Part shown: positions 1 through 8,404 of the stretch, one piece after another
Position numbering within the stretch: the first letter of the stretch is position 1
Layout of the letters: every line of letters begins with the position of its first letter
Source of the DNA: a virus
Taxonomy: Duplodnaviria > Heunggongvirae > Uroviricota > Caudoviricetes
Reading direction: 5' to 3' (one strand)
IMG/VR virus record: IMGVR_UViG_2563367158_000001
Length of the DNA stretch: 35,389 bases
The notes under the pieces: generated by a model
The model's database searches: none
Told to the model about the DNA's origin: nothing
What the model saw: only the letters and a program-made list of their open reading frames with translations
Made by a program: the position numbers and the translations under genes

Positions 1-1254
1 ATGCTGGAACAAATGGGCATTGCCGCGAAGCAAGCCTCGTATAAATTAGCGCAACTCTCCAGCCGCGAAAAAAATCGTGTGCTGGAAAAAATCGCCGATG
101 AACTGGAAGCACAAAGCGAAAGTATCCTCAACGCTAACGCGCAGGATGTTGCAGACGCGCGTGCCAATGGCCTTAGCGAAGCGATGCTTGACCGTCTGGC
201 ACTGACGCCCGCACGGCTGAAAGGCATTGCCGACGATGTGCGCCAGGTGTGCAATCTCGCCGATCCGGTGGGGCAGGTAATCGATGGCGGCGTACTGGAC
301 AGCGGCCTGCGTCTGGAGCGCCGTCGCGTGCCGCTGGGGGTGATTGGCGTGATTTATGAAGCGCGCCCGAACGTGACGGTTGATGTTGCTTCCCTGTGCC
401 TGAAAACCGGTAACGCGGTGATCCTGCGCGGCGGCAAAGAAACCTGTCGCACTAACGCTGCAACGGTAGCGGTGATTCAGGACGCCCTGAAATCCTGCGG
501 CTTACCGGCGGGTGCCGTGCAGGCAATTGATAATCCTGACCGTGCGCTGGTCAGTGAAATGCTGCGTATGGATAAATACATCGACATGCTGATCCCGCGC
601 GGTGGGGCTGGTTTGCATAAACTGTGCCGCGAGCAGTCGACAATCCCGGTGATCACAGGCGGTATAGGCGTATGCCATATTTACGTTGATGAAAGCGCAG
701 AGATCGCTGAAGTATTAAAAGTGATCGTCAACGCGAAAACTCAGCGACCAAGCACATGTAATACGGTAGAAACCTTGCTGGTAAATAAAAACATCGCCGA
801 TAGCTTCCTGCCCGCATTAAGCAAGCAAATGGCGGAAAGCGGCGTGACGTTACACGCAGATGCTGCTGCGCTGGCGCAGTTGCAGACAGGCCCCGCGAAG
901 GTGGTGGCGGTTAAAGCCGAAGAGTATGACGATGAGTTTCTGTCATTAGATTTGAACGTCAAAATCGTTAGCGATCTTGACGATGCCATCGCCCATATTC
1001 GTGAACACGGCACGCAACACTCCGATGCGATCCTGACCCGCGATATGCGCAACGCCCAGCGTTTTGTTAACGAAGTGGATTCCTCCGCTGTTTACGTTAA
1101 CGCCTCTACGCGTTTTACCGACGGCGGCCAGTTTGGACTGGGGGCGGAAGTTGCGGTAAGCACACAAAAACTCCACGCGCGCGGCCCAATGGGGCTGGAA
1201 GCACTGACCACTTATAAGTGGATCGGCATTGGTGATTACACCATTCGTGCGTAA
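1..1254 (+). CDS. proA: gamma-glutamyl phosphate reductase (host gene)
   Basis: 417-aa ORF whose translation I recognise as enterobacterial ProA; typical host GC content; directly upstream of thrW as in E. coli. Confidence 0.93.
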   Translation: MLEQMGIAAKQASYKLAQLSSREKNRVLEKIADELEAQSESILNANAQDVADARANGLSEAMLDRLALTPARLKGIADDVRQVCNLADPVGQVIDGGVLDSGLRLERRRVPLGVIGVIYEARPNVTVDVASLCLKTGNAVILRGGKETCRTNAATVAVIQDALKSCGLPAGAVQAIDNPDRALVSEMLRMDKYIDMLIPRGGAGLHKLCREQSTIPVITGGIGVCHIYVDESAEIAEVLKVIVNAKTQRPSTCNTVETLLVNKNIADSFLPALSKQMAESGVTLHADAAALAQLQTGPAKVVAVKAEEYDDEFLSLDLNVKIVSDLDDAIAHIREHGTQHSDAILTRDMRNAQRFVNEVDSSAVYVNASTRFTDGGQFGLGAEVAVSTQKLHARGPMGLEALTTYKWIGIGDYTIRA

Positions 1255-1368
1255 ATAAAACCGGGTGATGCAAAAGTAGCCATTTGATTCACAAGGCCAT
1301 TGACGCATCGCCCGGTTAGTTTTAACCTTGTCCACCGTGATTCACGTTCGTGAACATGTCCTTTCAGG

Positions 1369-1444
1369 GCCGATATAGCTCAGTTGGTAGAGCAGCGCAT
1401 TCGTAATGCGAAGGTCGTAGGTTCGACTCCTATTATCGGCACCA
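1369..1444 (+). tRNA. thrW: tRNA-Thr (anticodon CGU); prophage integration target (attL side)
   Basis: 76-nt sequence GCCGATATAGCTCAGTTGG...GGTTCGACTCCTATTATCGGCACCA with cloverleaf elements and CGT in the anticodon loop; integrase gene ends 15 nt downstream. Confidence 0.9.
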
Positions 1445-1458
1445 TTTAAATCAATAAG

Positions 1459-2622
1459 TTACACATCATTAGTACCTTCCTTATTTCTTGACTGGGACAA
1501 ATTTGGGACCGATGGGTTCAGAATCGAGTCTATTTGCCGTGCGTGTTCGGTAAGGTGATTAGGTGCGAGGTGAGCATATCGACGAACCATTTCGATAGAC
1601 TCCCAGCCTCCCATTTCCTGTAACACTGATAACGGGACTCCGGCTTGAACCAGCCAACTTGCCCAGGTGTGTCTCAAGTCGTGAAATCTGAAATCATCAA
1701 TACCTGCTCGTCTCAGCGCCGCTTTCCAGGCTGTGTTTGCGTCATACCGCATCTTCCTGACTGTTGGCGCTTTCGTTCCGTCTGGTTTGGTACAGCTTTC
1801 CTTATACACAAATACCCAACGGTGATGATTCCCGATTTGTTTTTTCAATACGCGACATGCAGTATCATTCAGCGCAACGCCAATTGCGCGGTTTGATTTA
1901 CTCTCTTCCGGGTTTATCCATGCCACCCGGCGCTGCATGTCTATTTGTTGCCATTCAAGGTTGATGATGTTCGAGCGTCTTAAGCCTGTTGCAAGTGCAA
2001 ATTCAACAACAGACTTTAATGGCTCCGGACATTCATCAATCAGCCTTTGTGCTTCATGAGGCTCCAGCCAGCGGATCCGTTTATTCTTTGGTTGAGGCAC
2101 TTTAATAATTGGTGCCTTATCCAGCATTTTCCATTCACGCTCTGCGGCTCTTAGCAGGGCCTTTATAAATGAAAGATGCGTAGCCTTCGTTGCAACGGAC
2201 GCTGGTTTTGGCGTGTATTCTGGAACAGGTTTCCCTTTTTTTCTGCATGCTTCTGCCCTGAGTTTCCAGTTTTCCTCATGACGCCGGTTCGTCATTTTCT
2301 GCATTGCTGAATAAATTTTTGATTCAGTAATGTCTCTTAGTTGCATTCCTGCGAAATGTTGAAGCCAGAATCCGATCCGGCTTTTGTCATCGTCCAGTGA
2401 TTTTTTATGTGCTTTCTCTTCAAGCCACCTGACACACGCTTCCTCGAACGTTATATCAGGAATTTCACCAAGTTTGCTGACCCGCCATGCTTCAGCCTTT
2501 AGCTTGTCATGGAGTTCTGTCGCCTGCCTTTTGTCCTTTGTTCCAAGAGACTGTTTAAATCTTTTACCGTTCGGCAATGTGAAACTGGCGTACCATATTT
2601 CACCTCTGCGGAAGAGTGACAT
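1459..2622 (-). CDS. int: phage integrase, tyrosine recombinase (P22-type)
   Basis: 387-aa ORF; N-terminus [22 protein letters not shown] and C-terminal [10 protein letters not shown]...RY catalytic region typical of P22-family integrases; adjacent to tRNA. Confidence 0.92.
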   Translation of the reverse strand: MSLFRRGEIWYASFTLPNGKRFKQSLGTKDKRQATELHDKLKAEAWRVSKLGEIPDITFEEACVRWLEEKAHKKSLDDDKSRIGFWLQHFAGMQLRDITESKIYSAMQKMTNRRHEENWKLRAEACRKKGKPVPEYTPKPASVATKATHLSFIKALLRAAEREWKMLDKAPIIKVPQPKNKRIRWLEPHEAQRLIDECPEPLKSVVEFALATGLRRSNIINLEWQQIDMQRRVAWINPEESKSNRAIGVALNDTACRVLKKQIGNHHRWVFVYKESCTKPDGTKAPTVRKMRYDANTAWKAALRRAGIDDFRFHDLRHTWASWLVQAGVPLSVLQEMGGWESIEMVRRYAHLAPNHLTEHARQIDSILNPSVPNLSQSRNKEGTNDV

Positions 2623-2849
2623 TTTCTTTCCTCTGTTATGCCATCACCCGCGCTCACCTGGACAGTATGCAGCGGAGACTGAAGCGCCGCAATGCAGGCT
2701 TGTCGTGTTGTGAGGTAAGGAGATTTATTCTTAGTGGGATCTTTGCGTGTTGCCTGCAGACGCCCTGTGCGTATCCAGTTAATGGCAGTCGGTCTGGATA
2801 TCTTGAGAAAATGACAGGCCTCATCTAGCGTGAGGCTGTATGGTTCCAT
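2499..2849 (-). CDS. xis: excisionase
   Basis: 116-aa product starting at internal Met ([29 protein letters not shown]...) of the 2499..2933 ORF; helix-turn-helix-like N-terminus; immediately upstream of int; start overlaps upstream stop (TAATG). Confidence 0.75.
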   Translation of the reverse strand: MEPYSLTLDEACHFLKISRPTAINWIRTGRLQATRKDPTKNKSPYLTTRQACIAALQSPLHTVQVSAGDGITEERKCHSSAEVKYGTPVSHCRTVKDLNSLLEQRTKGRRQNSMTS

Positions 2850-3154
2850 TATTTCACCTCTTGCTGTGATATTGTTGAAAAATGAATGCCAGCTCGTTGT
2901 TGCCAGACGATCCAACCGAGAGTCATATCCCATGCCATGTATTCGTTATCGCCGTTTTTTGCTCTCCGACTATCTACTAAGCCACCGAAACGTTTTTCCA
3001 TAAATAATTCATAGGATTCGCGTTCATCTGGCTCTACTTCCAGAGATAGGAGTGCGATTTCATAAGCACGGCGCTCAATATCGTCTCGCACGTCAAGGCT
3101 GCTGATACGCTCTTTGATTTCTTTAATCAGTTCTTTGTCGGTAAAAGTGGTCAT
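2849..3154 (-). CDS. hypothetical early-left protein
   Basis: 101-aa ORF, translationally coupled to flanking genes in the int-proximal minus-strand operon. Confidence 0.5.
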   Translation of the reverse strand: MTTFTDKELIKEIKERISSLDVRDDIERRAYEIALLSLEVEPDERESYELFMEKRFGGLVDSRRAKNGDNEYMAWDMTLGWIVWQQRAGIHFSTISQQEVK

Positions 3155-3516
3155 TATGCTCCAGCCTCCGGTGCTTTTGGCATTACTGCCCAGTGAGTGA
3201 TATTGACGTTTTCAAGGTCCCCGACCTGAAATGTCCACTGCCAGTCTCCGGTTTCTTTTTGTCCCCAGGTGTACCAGAGAGAACGCCAGCCAATTAGCCA
3301 GCCTTCTCCGTTAGCATCGAATAACAAAACACTTTCATTTGCTGGTGGCAGTTCAGTTGACACTGGTATTACTTTGTTTTCCAGTGCCGCACATTTAGCT
3401 TCAAGCGCATCGAATTTACGCACCAGGTATTCAGCATCCGTTTCATTCACTTTCAGATCTCGCGGTACACATTTCCCGCGAAGAAACCCTTCCATTTCGA
3501 AAACATTCATGCGCAT
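3154..3516 (-). CDS. DUF551-like phage protein
   Basis: 120-aa ORF with Trp-rich core and C-terminal THWAVMPKAPE resembling the DUF551 signature; operon context. Confidence 0.55.
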   Translation of the reverse strand: MRMNVFEMEGFLRGKCVPRDLKVNETDAEYLVRKFDALEAKCAALENKVIPVSTELPPANESVLLFDANGEGWLIGWRSLWYTWGQKETGDWQWTFQVGDLENVNITHWAVMPKAPEAGA

Positions 3517-4043
3517 TTGCGTAACTCCGATAACTCGTTAAAACGTTCCATAAACATCCCGTAGGCATGGCCTGGCGACAGTGGAATAACTTTGAACATC
3601 TCTGTTGCTGGGATACCTTCCAGTAGAGGCCAGAAAGAGCCATCATCAAGCCCGAGATCGCGGCGTTCGGTTGCCAGCATGATGAGATCGGCATATTTCA
3701 CGGGCGTGCTCATAACCGGGGGTAACCCGTATTTCTCACGGATTACGGCGTCTATTTTTTCTTCCATCCGTTTATAGTCAGGAAGAAGGCGTTTCAGTTG
3801 CGCGGGGATGTCCTGACAATACGCTTCTGTTGCATCATGCATTAACGCTTCAAAGGCGAACTCTGGCGCCACAAGTTGACTGCACAGAACGGAATGCTGC
3901 GCCACGCTGTAAAAATCCGGCAAGTGTCCCGCGAAGCGGCAGATATTTGAAAGCGCACCGGCGATATCCTCGATATAAATATCGTCAATGGTGGAGTTGA
4001 TATAATTGAACTTCTTACCGGTAAGAGTCTGGATAAAACTCAT
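3507..4043 (-). CDS. HD-domain phosphohydrolase (5'-deoxynucleotidase-like)
   Basis: 178-aa ORF with H...HD metal-binding motif (AQHSV ... MHDATEAY) characteristic of the HD superfamily; AGGAG-like RBS upstream. Confidence 0.75.
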   Translation of the reverse strand: MSFIQTLTGKKFNYINSTIDDIYIEDIAGALSNICRFAGHLPDFYSVAQHSVLCSQLVAPEFAFEALMHDATEAYCQDIPAQLKRLLPDYKRMEEKIDAVIREKYGLPPVMSTPVKYADLIMLATERRDLGLDDGSFWPLLEGIPATEMFKVIPLSPGHAYGMFMERFNELSELRKCA

Positions 4044-4200
4044 CGTTAGTTCTCCTTAATTGGTGCGCTGCACCGCACGATTTTTGGTTGCACGAATCCC
4101 TCGCCATAAGGCGATTAAAAGTTTTGGTTTCGTTTCAGTAAATGCCCCATCCAGAGGCACTTAGTGCAACGGGCGGCTGCCATCGCCAGTTATTTTCCCC

Positions 4201-4285
4201 ACTCAATTGAAAGCGCGTTCCGGAGGTTTTGGACTTAACGAACTGGCACTTAATGACAAGGGACAGAACGCGCTTTCAGTTGAGT
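4201..4285. repeat. inverted repeat: 20-bp arms (19/20 complementary) separated by 45 bp
   Basis: ACTCAATTGAAAGCGCGTTC (4201-4220) and GAACGCGCTTTCAGTTGAGT (4266-4285) are reverse complements with one mismatch; lies in a 420-bp non-coding gap. Confidence 0.6.
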
Positions 4286-4433
4286 AAAAAGGTGGCTATT
4301 CATCAGAACATTGTCGCCTTCATTAGGTTTATCTGTTGAAGATCTGTAAGCCGCTTATAAATAAGTAGATATAAGATATTAGGAAAAGAAGAAGGACGTT
4401 ATAGTTTTATTTGTGATGTGCAAAGTATATTTG

Positions 4434-4456
4434 AATAAAACCCGCCCAGCGGGTTC
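4434..4456 (-). terminator. rho-independent terminator downstream of the membrane-protein gene
   Basis: Minus-strand hairpin CCCGC-TGG-GCGGG followed by a U-tract (plus strand AATAAAACCCGCCCAGCGGGTT), 10 nt after the stop of 4466..5062. Confidence 0.6.
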
Positions 4457-4465
4457 TAAAGTGTT

Positions 4466-5062
4466 TTAATGATTGTCGTAATAATTAATTGGCTCATCAT
4501 TTTTTTGGTCTGGCATAGTTATGGACCACTTTATATTCTTTAGGCTGTTATGTTTTTTATTGACCTTAAGCTCTCTCTTTGCTTCAGAGATAATATCGTC
4601 TAGTAATACTTTTAATTTATCAAGTCTTGACTTGTGGGCATCTATCAACTCTATACTATCAAACTCCCATTGTATAAATAGATTTTCTTCATTTTCAATG
4701 AATGAACGGATTTTATCCCCACACTCTTCTGTTAAGAATAATGAAGATAGCTCACCTATTCTACTGAGTTTTTCAAGCTCATTAGAGAAAGATTTGCTAA
4801 GGATTTCATTTTCTTCTTTTGATTTGTAACTAAAGTAGGTTGGGAATTGTGAAGCGTGATGTAACTCATGTTTATACCAATAGTCAGCTGTGTTTTTTAG
4901 AAGATAAACACAGTCAACTAATTGCGTATACAAATCTATTCTTTTGTCCCACCATTTTTCTTTATAATAACGGCCGAGTGCATATCGCGCAGTTAAGTAA
5001 GCTGCGATTGAGCCTGTAACAAGTCCGATAATTACCTTTGATATAAGGTCATGCCAATCCAT
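4466..5062 (-). CDS. hypothetical single-pass membrane protein in an AT-rich insertion; candidate exclusion or abortive-infection factor
   Basis: 198-aa ORF; N-terminal hydrophobic helix (IIGLVTGSIAAYLTARYAL) then an aromatic- and Lys/Glu-rich domain; about 30% GC by eye; own terminator; AT-rich leader upstream. Confidence 0.7.
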   Translation of the reverse strand: MDWHDLISKVIIGLVTGSIAAYLTARYALGRYYKEKWWDKRIDLYTQLVDCVYLLKNTADYWYKHELHHASQFPTYFSYKSKEENEILSKSFSNELEKLSRIGELSSLFLTEECGDKIRSFIENEENLFIQWEFDSIELIDAHKSRLDKLKVLLDDIISEAKRELKVNKKHNSLKNIKWSITMPDQKNDEPINYYDNH

Positions 5063-5479
5063 TTTTATTTTTCCTACATTATGTTATATAATTGTTCATA
5101 TCATACAATTGTTGAGTATAGATGTCTCGTTATTCATCAACATTTACTCCTGTTAAATTAGGGGGAGTATGTATTAAAAATATTCATCTGGGTCGTCTAA
5201 ATATTTTTGATAAACTAATAGCAATAACACTATCAATATTGCCTGCCCTCACGTCGTTCTTGCTCTCGCGCGATTTTTAACTAAACACTAGCAGGATTTA
5301 TCATGGTGCTACGCTACATTTACTTGTAGGGAGCTAAACAGATCATTGACGCTGAAAATATTCAAATTGTTAAAGAGCGAAGCGTCCTATGGGCGTTTTG
5401 TTGCTAACGAATCATCTTGGACTTCATATGCCCCAGGCGGCTACTTCGTGGACGTCCTGCCTGTTTGTTGTTTCTCTTG

Positions 5480-5513
5480 GGTACATTATGTATCTCAAAG
5501 GTACATTGTCAAG
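5480..5513. promoter_or_regulatory. OL-like operator repeats (two GGTACA sites 20 bp apart)
   Basis: GGTACATTATGTAT and GGTACATTGTCAAG resemble GGTACATATTGTAT and the TGTACC/GGTACA palindromes in the cI-cro intergenic region. Confidence 0.4.
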
Positions 5514-5514
5514 T

Positions 5515-5540
5515 ATAAAAAAACCTGCCGAAGCAGGTTC
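5515..5540 (-). terminator. rho-independent terminator after cI
   Basis: Minus-strand hairpin AACCTGC-TTCG-GCAGGTT followed by a run of T (plus strand AAAAAAACCTGCCGAAGCAGGTT), immediately after the cI stop. Confidence 0.65.
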
Positions 5541-5551
5541 ATAAACATTGA

Positions 5552-6226
5552 TTAGGCTTTGATTTTGTATCTTCTTGGTTTTCCTGAGAAAATCACTGTA
5601 CCAATTATAGAGCAATTACCGTTGATCTTAATGTAAGGCTCAGGCCAGTTTGGGTTTAACGCTTTGAGATAACGCTGTGTCCCATCTTCTATCAACCTTT
5701 TGAAGGTGGTTTCACCTGTATCGTGCATCAATGCAATAACGTCGTCACCGTGGCAGGCAGGTACTTCAGGATCGACAAAAATCATGTCTCCCGGGCGGTA
5801 CTCATCAATCATTGAATCACCTATCACCCGCAAGATATAAGTCATTTCCCCACAGGGGACAGGGCAGGGATACGTTTCTGCTGTGCTCAAATCAACCTCA
5901 GAATATCCAACTTCTTTCCATGCTCCGGCCTGTACCCATGATATGACAGGGACTAATGTGATTTGTTTATTAGTGATTGAAACATCAGGTTTTTTTGTGA
6001 TGTTCGTTGTCTGGTGTTCTTGATCGAGCCATCCGACAGGCAGGTCGAAACATTTTTCGATGTGTCGTGCCATGCTGTCACCGATATTTTTAGTAGCACC
6101 ATCTCCCATAAACCTGCTGGTCTGGGTTGGCTCGCGATCAATCATAGTGGCAAAGGAAGAATTCCCGCCAACACCATCTCTCAGTTTTCTGGCGTTAGAC
6201 CGCCGGATGTCATGGATTGTTTTCAT
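5552..6226 (-). CDS. cI: CI-type prophage repressor (HTH plus S24 LexA-like peptidase domain)
   Basis: 224-aa ORF; C-terminal GDSM...DGD...K region typical of self-cleaving S24 repressors; divergent to cro. Confidence 0.9.
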   Translation of the reverse strand: MKTIHDIRRSNARKLRDGVGGNSSFATMIDREPTQTSRFMGDGATKNIGDSMARHIEKCFDLPVGWLDQEHQTTNITKKPDVSITNKQITLVPVISWVQAGAWKEVGYSEVDLSTAETYPCPVPCGEMTYILRVIGDSMIDEYRPGDMIFVDPEVPACHGDDVIALMHDTGETTFKRLIEDGTQRYLKALNPNWPEPYIKINGNCSIIGTVIFSGKPRRYKIKA

Positions 6227-6241
6227 AACGAAATTAAAACC

Positions 6242-6316
6242 CTTGTACCGTTAAGGTACAAGTATCTTGAAGGTTCATTTCAATCATGTAATATGTACAT
6301 CGGAGGTACATATTGT
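6242..6316. promoter_or_regulatory. OR operator / PR-PRM region
   Basis: 8-bp inverted arms CTTGTACC/GGTACAAG with a 5-bp spacer (6242-6262), a second TGTACA-N5-GGTACA pair 50 bp downstream, and a sigma70-like PR (TTGAAG-N16-TAATAT, 6267-6294) before the cro RBS GGAGG. Confidence 0.6.
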
Positions 6317-6517
6317 ATGAAAGCGTATTGGGACTCTTTAACCAAAGAACAGCAGGGCGAGTTGGCCGGAAAAGTTGGCTCAACACCTGGCTACTTACGG
6401 CTGGTTTTCAATGGCTATAAAAAAGCCAGTTTTGTGCTGGCTAAAAAACTTGAGCAATGCACGTCAGGTGCAATTACGAAATCTGACTTAAGACCGGATA
6501 TCTATCCGAAAGATTAG
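6317..6517 (+). CDS. cro: Cro-like repressor
   Basis: 66-aa product from the ATG 10 nt after GGAGG (internal start of ORF 6014..6517); small basic HTH-like protein divergent from cI. Confidence 0.7.
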   Translation: MKAYWDSLTKEQQGELAGKVGSTPGYLRLVFNGYKKASFVLAKKLEQCTSGAITKSDLRPDIYPKD

Positions 6518-6548
6518 CAGAACACTTTCAATTTTTAACCACAGAACG

Positions 6549-7118
6549 ATGAGGCTAATCGTGGGTAAGCATCACTGGAAAATAGAAAAACAGCCTGAGT
6601 GGTACGTGAAAGCTGTCAGAAAAACTATCGCGGCGTTGCCGGGTGGTTACGCTGAAGCGGCTGACTGGCTCGATGTAACAGAAAACGCTTTATTCAACCG
6701 CCTTCGTGCAGATGGCGATCAGATTTTCCCGCTGGGATGGGCAATGGTTTTACAGCGTGCTGGTGGCACTCACTTCATTGCTGATGCTGTGGCGCAGTCT
6801 GCAAATGGCGTCTTTGTGTCTCTTCCTGACGTCGAGGATGTGGACAACGCCGATATTAACCAGCGTCTGCTGGAAGTCATTGAACAGATCGGCAGTTATT
6901 CAAAACAGATTCGTTCAGCAATCGAAGACGGTGTAGTGGAACCGCATGAGAAGACAGCAATTAACGACGAGCTGTATCTCTCAATTTCGAAGCTGCAGGA
7001 GCATGCAGCACTTGTCTACAAAATTTTTTGCATTTCAGAAAGTAATGACGCCCGCGAGTGTGCAGCTCCGGGCGTCGTGGCGTCGATTGCTTCTGGTTGT
7101 GGAGAAACTAACGCATGA
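6549..7118 (+). CDS. putative CII-like regulatory protein (family not verified)
   Basis: 189-aa ORF at the position following cro; no motif I can assign confidently. Confidence 0.5.
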   Translation: MRLIVGKHHWKIEKQPEWYVKAVRKTIAALPGGYAEAADWLDVTENALFNRLRADGDQIFPLGWAMVLQRAGGTHFIADAVAQSANGVFVSLPDVEDVDNADINQRLLEVIEQIGSYSKQIRSAIEDGVVEPHEKTAINDELYLSISKLQEHAALVYKIFCISESNDARECAAPGVVASIASGCGETNA

Positions 7119-7453
7119 ACAGTTTAACAACACACTACCGTCGCTCGCAACTGATTGCGCTTCCTGTACCGGGTGGAAAAGCGAAGGTGGAATATTGCTA
7201 TGCAGTGAATGTACCAGGTGACAGGGAAATTGTAACCCACAGCTTTGCAGAGTGGGCTGTGGGTGATTTCAACCGGCAGAAGGAGACAGTCCTTTGCGAC
7301 AAGTTAACCGCTGGTTCAAAGATCACTACGGAGTACCCGTCAGAGTCATTCGTTGGGAGCCGGAAACACAACGGGTTATCTACCTCCGCGAAGACTATGA
7401 GCATGAGTGCTTCAGCCCGCTCGAACAGTTTCGTCGTAAATTCAGGGAAATAG
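7115..7453 (+). CDS. hypothetical protein
   Basis: 112-aa ORF filling the gap between the CII-like gene and the replication gene on the operon strand, overlapping the upstream stop. Confidence 0.4.
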   Translation: MNSLTTHYRRSQLIALPVPGGKAKVEYCYAVNVPGDREIVTHSFAEWAVGDFNRQKETVLCDKLTAGSKITTEYPSESFVGSRKHNGLSTSAKTMSMSASARSNSFVVNSGK

Positions 7454-7462
7454 AGGTCGGTC

Positions 7463-8404
7463 ATGAGCACTAAATTAACCGGCTATGTATGGGATGGTTG
7501 CGCTGCGTCAGGCATGAAATTATCCAGCGTGGCAATTATGGCCCGCCTGGCTGATTTCAGTAATGACGAAGGTGTGTGCTGGCCATCAATTGAAACCATT
7601 GCCCGTCAGATTGGCGCGGGGATGAGTACCGTCAGAACGGCTATCGCACGGCTGGAAGCAGAAGGCTGGTTAACGCGTAAGGCGCGTCGCCAGGGTAACC
7701 GCAATGCGTCGAATGTTTATCAGCTTAACGTTGCGAAGCTTCAGGCAGCGGCATTTTCTCAACTGTCAGATTCTGACCCGTCAAAATCTGACGCATCAAA
7801 ATCTGACCCGTCAAAATTTGATGCGTCGAAATCTGGCAAAAAAGCGGGTTTTCACCCGTCAGAATCTGGCGGGGATCCGTCAGTAAAATCAAAACATGAT
7901 CCGTCAGATAAAAAAACTTCTCGTCCGGACGCTTCGCAACCGGACACGCAGACGGCTGAACAGGAGTTTTTAACTCGCCATCCTGATGCGGTTGTATTCA
8001 GCCCTAAAAAGCGCCAGTGGGGAACGCAGGATGATTTGACCTGCGCACAGTGGCTCTGGAAAAAAATCATCGCCCTGTACGAGCAGGCCGCCGAATGTGA
8101 CGGCGAGGTGGTTCGTCCCAAAGAACCGAACTGGACAGCCTGGGCAAACGAAATTCGCCTGATGTGTGTGCAGGATGGTCGTACTCACAAACAAATCTGC
8201 GAGATGTACAGCCGCGTCAGCCGCGATCCGTTCTGGTGCCGTAACGTGCTCAGCCCGTCGAAGCTGCGGGAAAAATGGGATGAGCTTTCCCTGCGCTTAT
8301 CGCCGTCCGTCAGCACGTACACCGAAAAACGCGAAGACCCGTACTTCAAAGCCAGTTACGACAACGTGGACTACAGCCAGATCCCGGCAGGATTCAGGGG
8401 GTGA
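7463..8404 (+). CDS. replication initiation protein (N-terminal winged HTH, O-like), ori within gene
   Basis: 313-aa ORF; N-terminal HTH (SIETIARQIGAGMSTVRTAIARLEAEGWL); central low-complexity linker encoded by tandem DNA iterons. Confidence 0.75.
   Translation: MSTKLTGYVWDGCAASGMKLSSVAIMARLADFSNDEGVCWPSIETIARQIGAGMSTVRTAIARLEAEGWLTRKARRQGNRNASNVYQLNVAKLQAAAFSQLSDSDPSKSDASKSDPSKFDASKSGKKAGFHPSESGGDPSVKSKHDPSDKKTSRPDASQPDTQTAEQEFLTRHPDAVVFSPKKRQWGTQDDLTCAQWLWKKIIALYEQAAECDGEVVRPKEPNWTAWANEIRLMCVQDGRTHKQICEMYSRVSRDPFWCRNVLSPSKLREKWDELSLRLSPSVSTYTEKREDPYFKASYDNVDYSQIPAGFRG
7763..7837 (+). repeat. origin-like iterons: five tandem 15-bp repeats, consensus about CCGTCAAAATCTGAC
   Basis: Directly tandem copies at 7763, 7778, 7793, 7808 and 7823; three further degenerate CCGTCAG copies to 7914, then an A-rich tract; analogous to lambda ori inside O. 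Confidence 0.65.

Noticed and set aside
1255-1368. Palindrome TTCACGTTCGTGAA and a long-range stem between proA and thrW
   Set aside because: Host intergenic sequence (proA terminator and thrW promoter region), not part of the prophage; not interpretable further without comparison to an uninterrupted host locus.
1645-1964. Plus-strand ORFs (83 and 66 aa) inside the integrase gene
   Set aside because: Antisense shadow ORFs fully contained in a well-supported integrase gene; Cys/Trp-rich, low-complexity translations and no RBS.
2384-2713. 109-aa plus-strand ORF overlapping the int start and xis
   Set aside because: Ser/Leu-rich antisense translation inside two supported genes; no independent signals.
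4060-4086. Hairpin GTGCG-CTGCAC-CGCAC followed by GATTTTT, resembling a plus-strand terminator
   Set aside because: No plus-strand gene lies upstream to terminate; it sits in the 5' leader of the minus-strand HD gene and is more likely a leader structure or coincidence.
5346-5615. Small ORFs (69 aa plus strand, 63 aa minus strand) in the AT-rich leader between the membrane-protein gene and cI
   Set aside because: No Shine-Dalgarno sequence, overlap with the cI terminator and operator repeats, and stop-prone AT-rich sequence; more likely promoter/leader DNA. An N-like antiterminator was looked for here and not found.
7198-7470. 90-aa minus-strand ORF opposite the 7115..7453 plus-strand ORF
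   Set aside because: Runs against the direction of the surrounding early-right operon; the plus-strand ORF fits operon spacing better. Neither has recognisable homology, so even the plus-strand call is low confidence.
7763-7914. Tandem short repeats that could be mistaken for a CRISPR array or VNTR
   Set aside because: Units are directly tandem with no unique spacers, lie inside a replication-initiator gene and maintain its reading frame; this is the iteron/ori pattern, not CRISPR.
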